Shown here: positions 26,004-40,656 of the stretch, one piece after another | How the letters are laid out: the number at the start of each line of letters is the position of its first letter | Position numbering within the stretch: the stretch's first letter is position 1 | Assembly (NCBI RefSeq): GCF_006345805.1 | Contig: NW_021834681.1 | Span: forward strand, 1 to 51,641 | Direction: 5' to 3' | DNA from: Octopus sinensis | Taxonomy: Eukaryota | DNA length: 51,641 nt | Translations under genes and position numbers: made by a program | Notes under the pieces: generated by a model | Database searches by the model: none | What the model saw: the letters and a program-made list of their open reading frames with translations, nothing else | What the model was told of the DNA's origin: nothing

Positions 26004-27964
26004 AAACTGAGAATGTGTGCCTGTCTGTCTGTGTGTTTCCCAAAAACTTGAGAACTACACAACCAATTTCATTCAAATTTTACACATACCTTACTTAGGG
26101 TCCGGGTAGTGTCATCGGCAAAATATTTTTCAACTTTTTGCCTAGGGCGAGCCCACAGCAATATCATATCTTCTCCACTATGATTCCCTAAAACTTGAGA
26201 ACTACAGAACAAATTTCATTCAAATTTTACACATACCTTACTTAGGGTCCATGTAGTTTCATGGCCAAAAAAATGTTCAACTTCTTGCCTAGGGTGAGCC
26301 CATAGCAATATCATATCTTCTCTACTATTTCAGTATTACGTGTTAAAAGTGAAACAAAAACATTTCTCTATTTTATGTCAGATACTTTCACTTTAACAAT
26401 AAAAAGTAGAGATAATAATAACAATTGAATTATATGTAGTAAGTAATAATTAAAATCAAACTAAAGTATAATATAATAATTAAATCGTAACAAAACAACT
26501 GAAAGTAAAAATAGCAATTGGTATAAAATTGCATCAATGACTTGAAATTGAATAAGTGGTTTCACATGAATGGGAATAACTAAAAAATAAAATTAGCGTG
26601 CAGAAATGGAATAGTCGAGATGGAGCTGTGCACATACCGTTTACCACGGCTTTTACATTAGACTATCAGCTAATTAGCTAGTATTAAGTATCTATATGAA
26701 GTTTGGCTGTATGTAATGTCTGTTTTCTCGAACAGCCGCTTCTACTGAGTACTGCTATTGGTTTATTTCTGATCCATAAAGCACCATAGCTTCAACTGCG
26801 TACTGCTTTTCATTCACCGTAAGGTTTGTTGTTGTTATTATTACGTTTGTTGGTTCCTCGTAAGGGAAACGTTGTTGTGTTGCATTTGTTAAATAATTGT
26901 AAACTGTAACCCTCCCCTTTGGGAGAACGAGCTTTGGTTATTGTTTAAAATTTGAATTGTGTCCCTGTTTGGGGAAATTGACAATATTTTCACCGTTTAT
27001 ACGGAAGCATTTTTGTTAAAATGTCTTCGATAGAAGAAAGTCCAAAAATGAATTTCGCTGCAACCGTCGGCGGAAGCGAACTCATTAAAATTAAAATGGA
27101 AGAAATACAAACCTATTCGGATTGATCACCGACAAAGAAAATACTATTGTCTGTAAAGTATACAATGTAGAGAAAAAAAAGATTTGAACACCTGGAGGAA
27201 AGCACCATCGAAAAGTTTCTTGGTGCGACTATGAAATATATCAAGTATCTAACCAGAGGTGGTAAATTCGCCACAATAGAAGCAAGGTTCGAGTCAAGAG
27301 TGTACACGACTCGAACCTTACAAAGTGGAAATATTTTATTTTTACCTTTATATCTGGGACGTAGGACGTCATCGTCGTTTAGCGTCTGCTTTCCATGCTG
27401 GCACGGGTTGGACGGTTCAACTGAGGTCTGGGAAGCCAGAAGGCTGCACCAGGCCCAGTCTGATTTGGCAATGTTTATATGCCCTTCCTAACGCCAACCA
27501 CTCCATGAGTGTAGAGGGTGGCAAACGGCCACGATCGGATGGTGCCTTTTACGTGCCACCGGCACGGAGGCCAGGCGAGGCTGGCAACGGCCACGATCGG
27601 ATGGTGCTTCTTACGTGCCACCGGCACGGAGGCCAGTTGGGGCGGCGCTGGCAACGGCCACGTTCGGATGGTTCTCTTATATGCCACGTCCCCCCAGAAG
27701 TAGAGGTAGGCTGGATTGTAGCCACACTTCTATATATGAAGGAGGACAAGATACAATTGATCGAAATTGCAAGAGACGGACCTACAACTCCAGTCTGTTA
27801 TATATTTCGAGTATTGTTATCACTAGCGATATCAAAATATAACTTTGTATTTTGTATTTTATGTGTAGATGTATATATAATGCAATATGTACACATATAT
27901 ATATATATACACATATATACATGCACTAGCACTATGACCCGGCAACGCCGGGTCATAATGCTAG
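26001..27964 (+). mobile_element. Non-autonomous Helitron, copy 1
   Basis: Start (TA)n-AAAACTGAGAATGTGTG..CTGTCTG, 3' hairpin then CTAG|T (27961-27965), collinear with 34501-36114; internal ~147-bp tandem duplication at ~26040-26325. Confidence 0.88.
27371..27690 (-). mobile_element. RTE-type 3'-end element nested in Helitron copy 1
   Basis: Absent from Helitron copy 2; GCCCTTCCTAACGCCAACC motif, homologous to 39747-39920; internal ~65-bp units starting at 27520, 27583 and 27650. Confidence 0.75.
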
Positions 27965-28018
27965 TATATTTATATATATGATGACAGAGAAAGAGAGAGA
28001 GATACATTCATATCTATA

Positions 28019-28073
<55 letters not shown>

Positions 28074-28136
28074 CATATATATATGTGTATGTGTATTTAT
28101 ATATATATATGTATGTATGTATCTATGCATATTCAT

Positions 28137-28169
<33 letters not shown>

Positions 28170-28172
28170 TAG

Positions 28173-28560
28173 ACTCTTCTACTCTCTTTTACTTGTTTCA
28201 GTCATTACACTGCAGCCATGCTGGAGCACCGCATTTAGACGAGCAAATCGCCCCCAGGACTTATTCTTTGTAAGCCTAGTAGTTATTCTATCGGTCTCTT
28301 TTTGCTGAACCGCTAAGTTAATAGGCCGGAAACACACCAGCATCTGTTGTCAAGCGATGTTGGGGGTACAAACATACACACACACATACATATATACGAC
28401 AGGCTTCTTTCAGTTTCTGTCTACTAAATCCACTCACAAGGTTTTGGTCGGTCCGAGGCTATAGTAGAAGACACTTGTCCAAGGTGCAACACAGTGGGAC
28501 CGAACCCGGAACCATGTGGTTGGTGAGCAAGCTTCTTACCACACAGCCACTCCTGCGCGT
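28173..28560 (-). mobile_element. Full-length SINE family C
   Basis: tRNA head GGAGTGGCTGTGTGGTAAG...GGTTCGGTCCC, CCTTGGACAAGTG, internal (CA)/(TA), tail GAAACAAGTAAAAGAG. Confidence 0.88.
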
Positions 28561-28639
28561 TAATTATACAAGGAATACAAAAAAATGTAACAAGAACGCA
28601 ATAGGTGACAGCAAAATATTCAGACAGTTAGACGATACA

Positions 28640-28745
28640 AAAAGGGACAGGAAAAAACAAGAACAGGTCATTCGGAGTTTTCTATCCTCAGTTGAGTTCT
28701 AGATCTCAGCAGTTTCGAAGATTATAAACTAGAAATTTAGCATTA
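28640..28745 (-). repeat. Decayed copy of the repeat at 38040-38230 with remnants of the permuted hammerhead motif
   Basis: ACAGGTCATTC.GAGTTT..TATC.TCAGT.GAGTT shared; GAAACTGC at 28709-28716 and CTGAGGA at 28685-28691 on the minus strand. Confidence 0.6.
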
Positions 28746-29339
28746 CCATTCCTATTTTTCCTTCTCATAACACTTCTTCCCTACTCCACCTCACTATCCG
28801 ACACTTCTCATGTTCCTTCGAATCCCAGCAGAACCACAGCAGTAGCAACAACAACAACAGCATCAGTCTCTACATCCGTTTCTCTCAACAACATATTCAA
28901 ATTTAACAGTTATAATGGATCTCCATTATTTAATTTTCCTTTCTTTCATTTATTCCTTATTTCTTTCAATCTTTCCTCGTTACTCTTTCTATATGCATAC
29001 ACACACACAGCGCACTCACACACGCACAAGCGAGCACACATGCACATACACACACATACTCGCACGTATATTCATACACACATGCGTATATGCTAGCACA
29101 CACACAAATACTCACATATACGCTTATATATATGCCTGCATACTAATTATATAGATACCTGCATAAACACATTATATATATATATATATAAATCTGAAGA
29201 ATCCACTAGAGTGGATGCAAGCGCTAATGTATGATTTATAAAAACATGACATATTAATAAAAATCTGTAAATATAAAACCATCCAGATTTCTGAGTACCT
29301 TATTTCTTCTAATATATAATACCTGTACATCACCTATAT

Positions 29340-32400
<3,061 letters not shown>

Positions 32401-32940
32401 CGACTACTCAAAGACACTGGAAAGAAACACAAAAATCTCATAGAAACAGAAGCAAAAAAATATTAGAAAAATATATTAAAAAATTAATAAAAAACATTTA
32501 TAAACGAAACGAAACTTTTCGTACCCATGATTCCATGTTTTTGTCTTACTGCTCCGGCGGTTTTTTTTTTTTTTCATTTTTTTTCATTTTATTTCATGTG
32601 CTGTCTTCGGTTTCCTTAGATTTGTTTGTTTAATTTGATTTATTCCGATCTGTAAGGTATATTAATTAGGCAACTAATGACTGTCACATACAAAATTATG
32701 GCTTCGAGTAAGAGACGAGGCTTTGGGGTGGTGGCCGCCATTCTTATGTTATATTACGGTATGTTATACCTGTTACACACACACACATACATACATACAT
32801 ACATGTATATACTTACAGATGCACAGATTTTATACACACACACATACACACAAACACAGACACACACACAAAAACACAGACACACAGACAGACACACACA
32901 CACACATACAAAACGCATGTATACATTCTAACAAACACGG

Positions 32941-33110
32941 ACTCTTTTACTCGTTTATTTGTTTCAGTCATTTGACTGCGTCCATGGTGGAGCACCGTCT
33001 TTAATCGAACAACTGGATCCCAGGACTTAGTCTTTGTAAGCCTAATACTTATTCTATCGGTCTCTTTTGTCAAACGGCTAACTTACCAGGACATAAACAC
33101 ACCAACACTT
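32941..33110 (-). mobile_element. SINE family C, 3' half
   Basis: Matches 28180-28340. Confidence 0.8.
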
Positions 33111-33254
33111 ATATACACACACTTATATAAATACATATACATATACATACCACGCACATATACATACATAAGCACATACATTCATATATGCATAAATGTA
33201 TGTATGTATGTACGTATGAATGAATGTGTGTATGTAGTGTTTTGGTTTAATAAC

Positions 33255-33338
33255 ACACCATATAAGCTCAGCCCTGGAATCGAAATCACAATCTTACGAT
33301 AAAAAGCGCAAGGCCTTAACGACTAAGCCACGGGCATT
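33255..33338 (-). mobile_element. SINE family D head
   Basis: GTGGCTTAGTCGTTAAGG A-box and GATTTCGATTCC B-box on the minus strand. Confidence 0.55.
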
Positions 33339-33958
33339 ACATACATACATACATACATAGATACATAGATACATACATACATACATACATACATACATAC
33401 ATACATACATACATACATACATACATACACACACACACATACACTCATATGCACATATACTTATATAAAAGAATGCATATATATATATATGTATATACAC
33501 ATATATAGAGATGTACATATATATACATACATATATATATATGCACACACACACATACCCATATATATACACACACATACACTCGTATACACAAATCCTC
33601 CTCCCCTACTACACTTCATGGCTGTTCAGTTTTATCTGTATCAGTGGACAAGTTCCAGAAGTTTATTGTTAAAAGCAATATGGCCGCTTAATGACCAACT
33701 AAAAGCCTCCATACCTACACATAAACCTACGCACACAAATCTACACACGCGTACACACAAAGATACATATTCACACACACACACGCACATAAACACTAAC
33801 ATGGGCATGAATGAAAAAAAATCGTTTTAAAACCATTGCATTCAGGTTCGATCCGCCAAAGGAATACTAACACCATGGGGCAGTAGGCGTCATATACTAA
33901 GATTTTGGCTTGTCAGTCGAATTCGCAGATAGGCGGAAGAACTTTGTAAAGACGCCAG

Positions 33959-34015
<57 letters not shown>

Positions 34016-34322
34016 GGGATGGTATTATTAAAATATCATCACGAGTGGCAAGCGAATTATCAGCTGTAAAGGCAAATTAATAAAATATTAGATATCTACA
34101 TATTTTCACTACATGAGCACCTATGTACATAGCTAAAAAATAGAAGTTAAAATACTTCTGTACCACCGAATAGTCACAAATCCATTACGGACATGAAAAG
34201 AAATAAATTTCAGTGAACAATAATAAAGTCTTACCTCTACTGGGTCAGAACAAGTAAATGCTGGTTAACTTGGTACTGGTTTCGAAAGTTAGCGCCAAAT
34301 ACCTGTCTGCTATATTATCTAA

Positions 34323-34356
<34 letters not shown>

Positions 34357-34385
34357 ACACACACACACACACACACATCATACAC

Positions 34386-34417
<32 letters not shown>

Positions 34418-34500
34418 TATATATATATGAATTATTCAGCCAGTCTAATCTTGGATATTTCTGTCACTCCGAGGTTTACATATATTCACTTGTATTCTAA

Positions 34501-36114
34501 TCTCTATATCTATAATACTGAGAATGTGTGTCTGTCTGTCTTCTGTCTGTCTGTCTGTGTGTTTCCCTAAAACTTGAGAACTACACAACCAATTTCATTC
34601 AAATTTTACACATGCCTTACTTAGGGTCCATGTAGTTTCATGGCCAAAAAAATGTTCAACTTCTTGCCTAGGGTGAGCCCATAGCAAAATCATATCTTCT
34701 CCACTATTTCAGTATTACATGTTAAAAGTGAAACAAAAACATTTCTCTATTTTATGTCAGATACTTTCACTTTAGCAATAAAAATTAGAGATAATAATAA
34801 CAATTGAATTATATGTAGTAAGTAATAATTAAAATCAAACTAAAGTATAATATAATAATTAGATCGTAACATAACAATTGAAAGTAAAAATAGCAATTGG
34901 TATAAAATTGAATCAATGACTTGAACTTGAATAAGTGGTTTCACATGAATGGGAATAAATAAAAAGTAAAATTAGTGTGCAGAAATGGAATAGCCGAGAT
35001 GGAGCTGTGCACATACCATTTACCACGGCTTTTACATTAGATTATCTGCTAATTAGCTAGTATTAAGTATCTATATGAAGTTTGGCTGTATGTAATGTCT
35101 GTTCTCTCGAACAGCCGCTTCTACTGAGTACTGCTGTTGGTTTATTACTGATCCATAAACGACTAGAGCTTCAACTGCGTACTGCCTTTTCATTCACCGT
35201 AAGGTTTGTTGTTATTATTATTACTGTTTAACTATTGTTATCACGTTGTTGGTTCCTCGTAAGGGAAACGTTGTTGTGTTGCATTTGTTAATAATTGTAA
35301 ACTGTAACCCTCCCCCTTTGGGAGAAGGAGCTTTGGTTATTGGTTTTAAAATTGAATTGTGTCCCTGTTTGGGGAAATTGACATATTTTCATCACCGTTT
35401 ATACGGAAGCATTTTTGTTAAATGTCTTCGATAGAAGAAAGTCCAAAATGATTTCCTGCAGCCGTGGAGGGCGCGAACTCATTAAAATTAAAATGGAAGA
35501 AATACAAACTATTTCGGATGATCACCGACAAAGACGGTGAATCTAGGATAACACCACCAAACGAAATAAAAAATAAGATCAAAGAAAATACTGTTGTCTA
35601 TAAAGTATACAATGTAGAGAGAAAAAAAAGATTTGAACGCCTGGAAAAGTTTCTTGGTGCGACTATGAAAGATATCAAGTATCTGACCAGAGGCGGTAAA
35701 TTCGCCACAATAGAAGCAAGGTTCAAGTCAACGGAGCTTGCAAGGGAGTACACGACTCGAACCTTGCAAAGTGGAAATATTTTATTTTTATCTTTATATC
35801 TGGGACGTAGGACGTCCCGAAAAAAAATTGAAAATGTACCCCAGAAGTAGAGGTAGGCTGGATTGTAGCCACACTTCTATACAAGAGGGAGGACAAGATA
35901 CAATTGATCGAAATTGCAAGAGACGGGCTTACAAATCCAGTCTGTTATATATTTTGGGTATCGTTATCACTAGCGATATCAAGATATAATTTTGTATTTT
36001 GTATTTTATGTGTAGATGTATATATATAGATGTACGTGTAATATGTACACAAATATATACACATATATACATGCACTAGCATTATGACCCGTCAACGTCG
36101 GGTCATAATGTTAG
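34501..36114 (+). mobile_element. Non-autonomous Helitron, copy 2
   Basis: A|TC 5' end at 34500/34501; 12-bp hairpin CATTATGACCCG/CGGGTCATAATG, TTAG|T 3' end; no TSD. Confidence 0.9.
35420..35950 (+). pseudogene. Captured coding-like fragment inside the Helitron, possibly a LINE ORF1 (RRM-like) N-terminus
   Basis: Non-repetitive reading frame ...KENTVVYKVYNV..KDIKYLTRGGKFATIEARFKS..LYLGRRTS..IENVP, continuing after a frameshift as EVEVGWIVATLLY; also in copy 1 (27020-27800). Family assignment is inference. Confidence 0.45.
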
Positions 36115-36167
36115 TTATATATATATATATATATATCTCCATACATACATATATAAATATTTCTATA

Positions 36168-36262
<95 letters not shown>

Positions 36263-36292
36263 GTGTGTGTGTGAGGGGGTATAGTATACTTT

Positions 36293-36470
36293 ATTTAGCG
36301 GTATTTCGTCTGTCTTTACGTACTGAGTTCAAATGCCGGCGAGGACGGCTTTGCCTTTTATCATTTTGGGATCGATGAATTAAGTACCAGTTGCGTGCTG
36401 GGGTCGATGTAATCGACTGCCCCCCCCTTTTCCCCAAAATATCCAGCATTGTGCCTAGAGTAGAAAAGAA
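36293..36470 (+). mobile_element. SINE family A, tail A2, head truncated
   Basis: Body matches 9245-9370; tail GTGCCTAGAGTAGAAAAGAA matches 17641-17665 reverse complement. Confidence 0.8.
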
Positions 36471-36479
36471 TGACGATAG

Positions 36480-36610
36480 TAAGATCGTGTCTCTGTTCCT
36501 GGACCCGGTAGAGCGTTATGTTCTCCCGCAAAACACCTGATTTCACGCTGCCTTGCGATCACTTCGGCAACTGGCGCGTGTGCCACACTTGTTGCCTCTG
36601 TCCGAGCAAC
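36480..36610 (+). mobile_element. Degraded SINE family D fragment
   Basis: Reverse complement resembles 4450-4540. Confidence 0.5.
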
Positions 36611-36699
36611 GTCGATCAGAGAGTAAAAAGTTGTACAGAAAGACGACAAAGGGACAAACGGGAAACGGGAAAAATATATACATGGTAAATAAAAAATCA

Positions 36700-36885
36700 C
36701 AACAAGAAAAAAAAACAGCGTGAGAGCGTGGTACATGCAAAGTATTAATGGATGCTCAGGGAAGGAAAGAAAGGTGGTTTTACGTTTCGAACAAAGCTCT
36801 TCGTCTGAAGTAGGAGACGGAGGAATGTCCAAGATAAAAGTAAGACGGAGGGAAAAGATCGCAATCGATCTACATCTGGTTACAT
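36700..36885 (-). mobile_element. Penelope-type terminal repeat family E1, decayed hammerhead
   Basis: Minus strand CAGACGA-A-GAGC-TTT-GTTC-GAAACGTA-AAAC; homologous to 50925-51120. Confidence 0.6.
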
Positions 36886-36981
36886 ACACACACACATAGT
36901 AATAACAATAATCCTTGGATGGAATATATAAACATTTAATGCATCGTTACGCGCGTTTTCACGCTTCACACGTCTGTTATG

Positions 36982-37218
36982 ATCACAGTCGGTATTCCTG
37001 GGATAATTACACTGTAGTCCGTAGTATCTGTGGGCATCGGGTAGATCACTTTCATGGATTCATTTCTTCAGGCGATATAACTCAACCACTGGCCAAAATG
37101 GGTAAACATCCATTAATGTTATATCGCCTGAAGAAATGTATCCATGAAGATTTTCCAACCCGATACCCCAGGATACTATGGACTACACTGTAATCATTTC
37201 AGGAATACGAACTGTGAT
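36982..37218. mobile_element. Foldback/MITE-like element with ~100-bp imperfect inverted arms
   Basis: ATCACAG...TTCTTCAGGCGATATAAC pairs with GTTATATCGCCTGAAGAA...CTGTGAT. Confidence 0.75.
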
Positions 37219-37441
37219 ATTAAGAAACATGTGATTTGTGGAAACGTGCTTAGCGATGCATTTAATAAAGGTTTATAAATTCCTTCCAGGGCTTGTTGTT
37301 ATTATTACTCTATTTATCCTACATTATATCTATAACTCGATGCAACCAGCTAAAACTTCTTCACCAGTCAACATCGTTAAACTGTGGCCAGCATAATGGA
37401 ATAGGAGCTTTATTTGCTTACTCAAAATATTTCCCGCAAAA

Positions 37442-37489
<48 letters not shown>

Positions 37490-37492
<3 letters not shown>

Positions 37493-37683
37493 CACATGTG
37501 AATCATTGGCAATTTTCTTCCTCCGTCTTCCTTTCTTTTGAACTTTCCTCTATTTCTGAAAAAGACCTCAGCTCGAAACGTTAAAACCTCTTTCTTTCCT
37601 TTCCTGACCGTCTGCTAATTTATTACTTGTACCACGTCTTGGCGTTGTTGCTTTTTTATGTTTGTTCTTCTTTGTTTGAATTC
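37490..37683 (+). mobile_element. Penelope-type terminal repeat family E1
   Basis: TTT-CTGAAAA-AGACC-TCA-GCTC-GAAACGTT-AAAA at 37553-37587. Confidence 0.6.
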
Positions 37684-37696
37684 AGCATGTATATAT

Positions 37697-37874
37697 GCCA
37701 TGATAGATCGCTAGCCACTACACATTCTTTATTTTCTCTCCTTGTTTCTTTCTGTGGAAGAGCGTAGGCTCGAAACGTTAAAGACTTTTTCACTTCCCGA
37801 GCGTTAAACTAATACATCTGTTTGTTGTCTACAACACCTGTCTTCGTCTTTTGTTTTTTTTTGTGAATTCTCCC
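37697..37874 (+). mobile_element. Penelope-type terminal repeat family E2 with hammerhead motif at 37747-37784
   Basis: TCTTT-CTGTGGA-A-GAGC-GTAG-GCTC-GAAACGTT-AAAGA; flanked by (TA)n. Confidence 0.72.
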
Positions 37875-38120
37875 TATATATATATACTAATATAGGATGA
37901 AGTTATTTTTTACAGAAAAAAATTCCATCAAAAAATGTGGCAGCATATTAAAATACATTTACGGTTAAAATTATAAACAACATATATATATATATATATA
38001 TTATATATTATATATCTAATATATATATATATAAAGAAAGCAAAACAATAGAAGGTAACACAAGACAACAAAACAGCCGGAATGTTAGGACAGGAAAAAA
38101 AAGGACAGGTCATTCCGAGT

Positions 38121-38199
38121 TTCGTATCGTCAGTCGAGTTTCAGATCATCTTTGCAGTTTCGGCCGGTTACACTCGAGACTACTCCAATCTGGCCCCCC
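38121..38199 (-). ncRNA. Candidate non-circularly permuted hammerhead ribozyme motif (second family)
   Basis: Minus strand GTAGTC|TCGAGT-GTAACC-GGCC-GAAACTGC-13 nt-ACTCGA-CTGACGA; stem III 5 bp (one G-U), stem I 6 bp. Confidence 0.5.
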
Positions 38200-38309
38200 A
38201 AATTCTAAGCTAAGAGCACTAGACTCCTTAAACACACACACACACGCACACACACATACATATATACATATATATATATATACATATACACACACACACA
38301 CACACACAT

Positions 38310-38351
<42 letters not shown>

Positions 38352-38743
38352 GTCCTAAGAAAAAATAAATATTCAAATAAGTAAAGCATAATATCATGAA
38401 TAGCAATAGGGAAACCAGTCGATATAGTAAAATTTATATTAAAACTATGTAAGCGTGGGTATTTTCCTTTTTTAATTTCTTATATACATTACAACCCACC
38501 AGGTGGGGATAATCAAAATTTCTCTTTTCTGTTGCTACTATATATATATGAGGTTAAGATCCAGGGATCCAAGTTTGTAAGCTTCGAGGAGTCTGGGGCA
38601 GATATAGAGACCAAAAAGTGGACAGTATTCGATAAGATACAATTACAGTTTATTGGCATCGAATGTTACACACTTTTTACCATATCGAAGTTACGTAGCC
38701 TACATATGTAGACTGCATTTTACCCGTACAACTCACTGAATTA

Positions 38744-38778
<35 letters not shown>

Positions 38779-38883
38779 GTGTGTGTGTGTTGTGTGTGTG
38801 TGTGTGTATATCGATAGCTAGCTAGATAGATAGATAGGGGGAGGAAGACAGGTAGAAAAAGAGGAAGAGAAAGGGGGAGAAGG

Positions 38884-38929
<46 letters not shown>

Positions 38930-39104
38930 TAATTGACTGAATAACTTGGCATGCGGAAAGCTAGAAAGAAATAAAGAATGAAATAAAGAAATTATATAAG
39001 AAAATAAAAATAAAACATTCTTGTCAAAAAACTTGGAGAAACGAGAAAGTTTTGTTGTTAGTAAAGCGATTTATATTTTTCTTGGTCATTCTACAAAGAT
39101 CTGA

Positions 39105-39205
39105 GCATGAGCGGAAGTGATGTCACGCGTATCAACAGAATAGGAAACTATTGATGCGTATCAAAATATTCACTGTGGAGGAAAATATCGATATCCGATT
39201 GGAAA
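39105..39205. promoter_or_regulatory. Promoter/enhancer-like motif cluster
   Basis: CGGAAGTG (ETS-like) overlapping TGATGTCA (CRE-like), plus GATTGG (CCAAT box). Confidence 0.2.
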
Positions 39206-39431
39206 TCGGTAAAGTAAACAAATAAAAAAAATGCCTACTGTTTCCTCTGCAAATAACATAAAAAGAAAATTATAAATTTAAGAGAGGAAACGAATTTTAA
39301 TCAAACGAGTGAAGAAGAAAATAAGAAAGAGAAAAGAAAGAGGAGCAAAACGAAGACAGAAAACAAACAAATGAATAAATATAGAAATATTTATGAAAAA
39401 CAAAAAAAATCTGTATAGTGGTGGATCCTTC

Positions 39432-39590
39432 ACTGTGCGGTTAAGAAGCGCGTTTTCCAATCGCTTAGTGCCGGTTTCAATCCCACTGCATGGCAGTTTC
39501 GGCACATGTCTCTATATTATAACATCTCAGGCCGATCAATTGTTTTGTTAGTGAATTTGGTAGACGGAAACTGCGTCGATGCTCTTCTAA
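39432..39590 (+). mobile_element. Degraded SINE family C head
   Basis: GGTTTCAATCCCACTGC and GAATTTGGTAGACGGAAACTG. Confidence 0.65.
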
Positions 39591-39617
39591 TTTATATATC
39601 TATCTGTTTGTCTGCTT

Positions 39618-39696
<79 letters not shown>

Positions 39697-39746
39697 CTCT
39701 GTCTGTCTATCTATCTATCTCTCCATTAATATCAATATGTATGTAT

Positions 39747-40152
39747 ATCATTATCATCATTTAACGTCCGTTGTCCATGGGTTGGACGGTTCGACTGGGC
39801 TAGCACGCAGGAAGGCTGCGCCATGTTCCAGTCTGATTTGGCATATTTCTCTACAGCTGGATGCTCTTCTTAACTCCACCCACTCCGAGAGTGTAATGGG
39901 TACTTTTACGTGCCACAGGTATGGGTGCCATTTGCGCGACACCATTATCTGCCACAACTGCGATTTTGTTCGGCTTCATGGGTGTTATTCTCAACCACGA
40001 CATGATGACAAACATCTTGGTCATTGCTTTCGTAAGGCTCAACACTCGAAAGGAGCTCTTTATCCCCATGGAGCAAAGGAGCAATTTTCCCCCATGGATC
40101 CCAGCACTCGAAAGGAACTCAGTCACCTTGCCTCCGCGAGGCACAACACTCG
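39747..40152 (-). mobile_element. RTE-type 3'-end element with (ATG)n tail
   Basis: CATCATTTAACGTCCG...CTGGATGCTCTTCTTAACTCCACC; homologous to 27371-27520. Confidence 0.7.
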
Positions 40153-40186
40153 ATAGGAATTAAACCCAACGTTCAAGGTTGATTTT

Positions 40187-40225
<39 letters not shown>

Positions 40226-40303
40226 GTATATACTTTTTTACTTGTTTCAGTCATTTGACTGCGGCCATGCTGGAGCACCGCCTTTAGTTAAGCAAATCGA
40301 CCC
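40226..40303 (-). mobile_element. SINE family C tail fragment
   Basis: Matches 28185-28255. Confidence 0.8.
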
Positions 40304-40325
40304 ATGTGTATGTATGTGTGTGTGT

Positions 40326-40636
40326 GGAGGCACAATGGCCCAGTGGCTAGGGCAGCGGACTCGCGGTCGTACGATCACGGTTTCTATTCCCAGACCGGGC
40401 GTTGTGAGTGTTTATTGAGCGAAAGCACCTAAAGCTCCACGCGGCTACGGCAGGGGATGGTGGCGACCCTTGCTGTACTCTTTCGCCGCAACTTTCTCTC
40501 ACCCTTTCTTCTGTTGGCCTGCTCGCTTAGCCAGCGGGGTGGCGTCATTTGAAAGCTAAAACAATGCAAAAGCGCAAAATGACCAGCGATGTGTAGCAAC
40601 ATCTGATAGCCTGGTCGGTCACGGTGATCACGGTGA
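40326..40636 (+). mobile_element. Full-length SINE family B, tail B2
   Basis: Head and body match 16460-16640, then an unrelated tail ending GCCTGGTCGGTCACGGTGA. Confidence 0.88.
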
Positions 40637-40656
40637 TATATATATATATATAATAT

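Noticed and set aside
34235-34306. Exon-like segment on the minus strand (CAG acceptor, GAG|GTAAGA donor) and a second acceptor near 33713
   Set aside because: All three frames contain stops; could only be a UTR or non-coding exon and there is no supporting evidence
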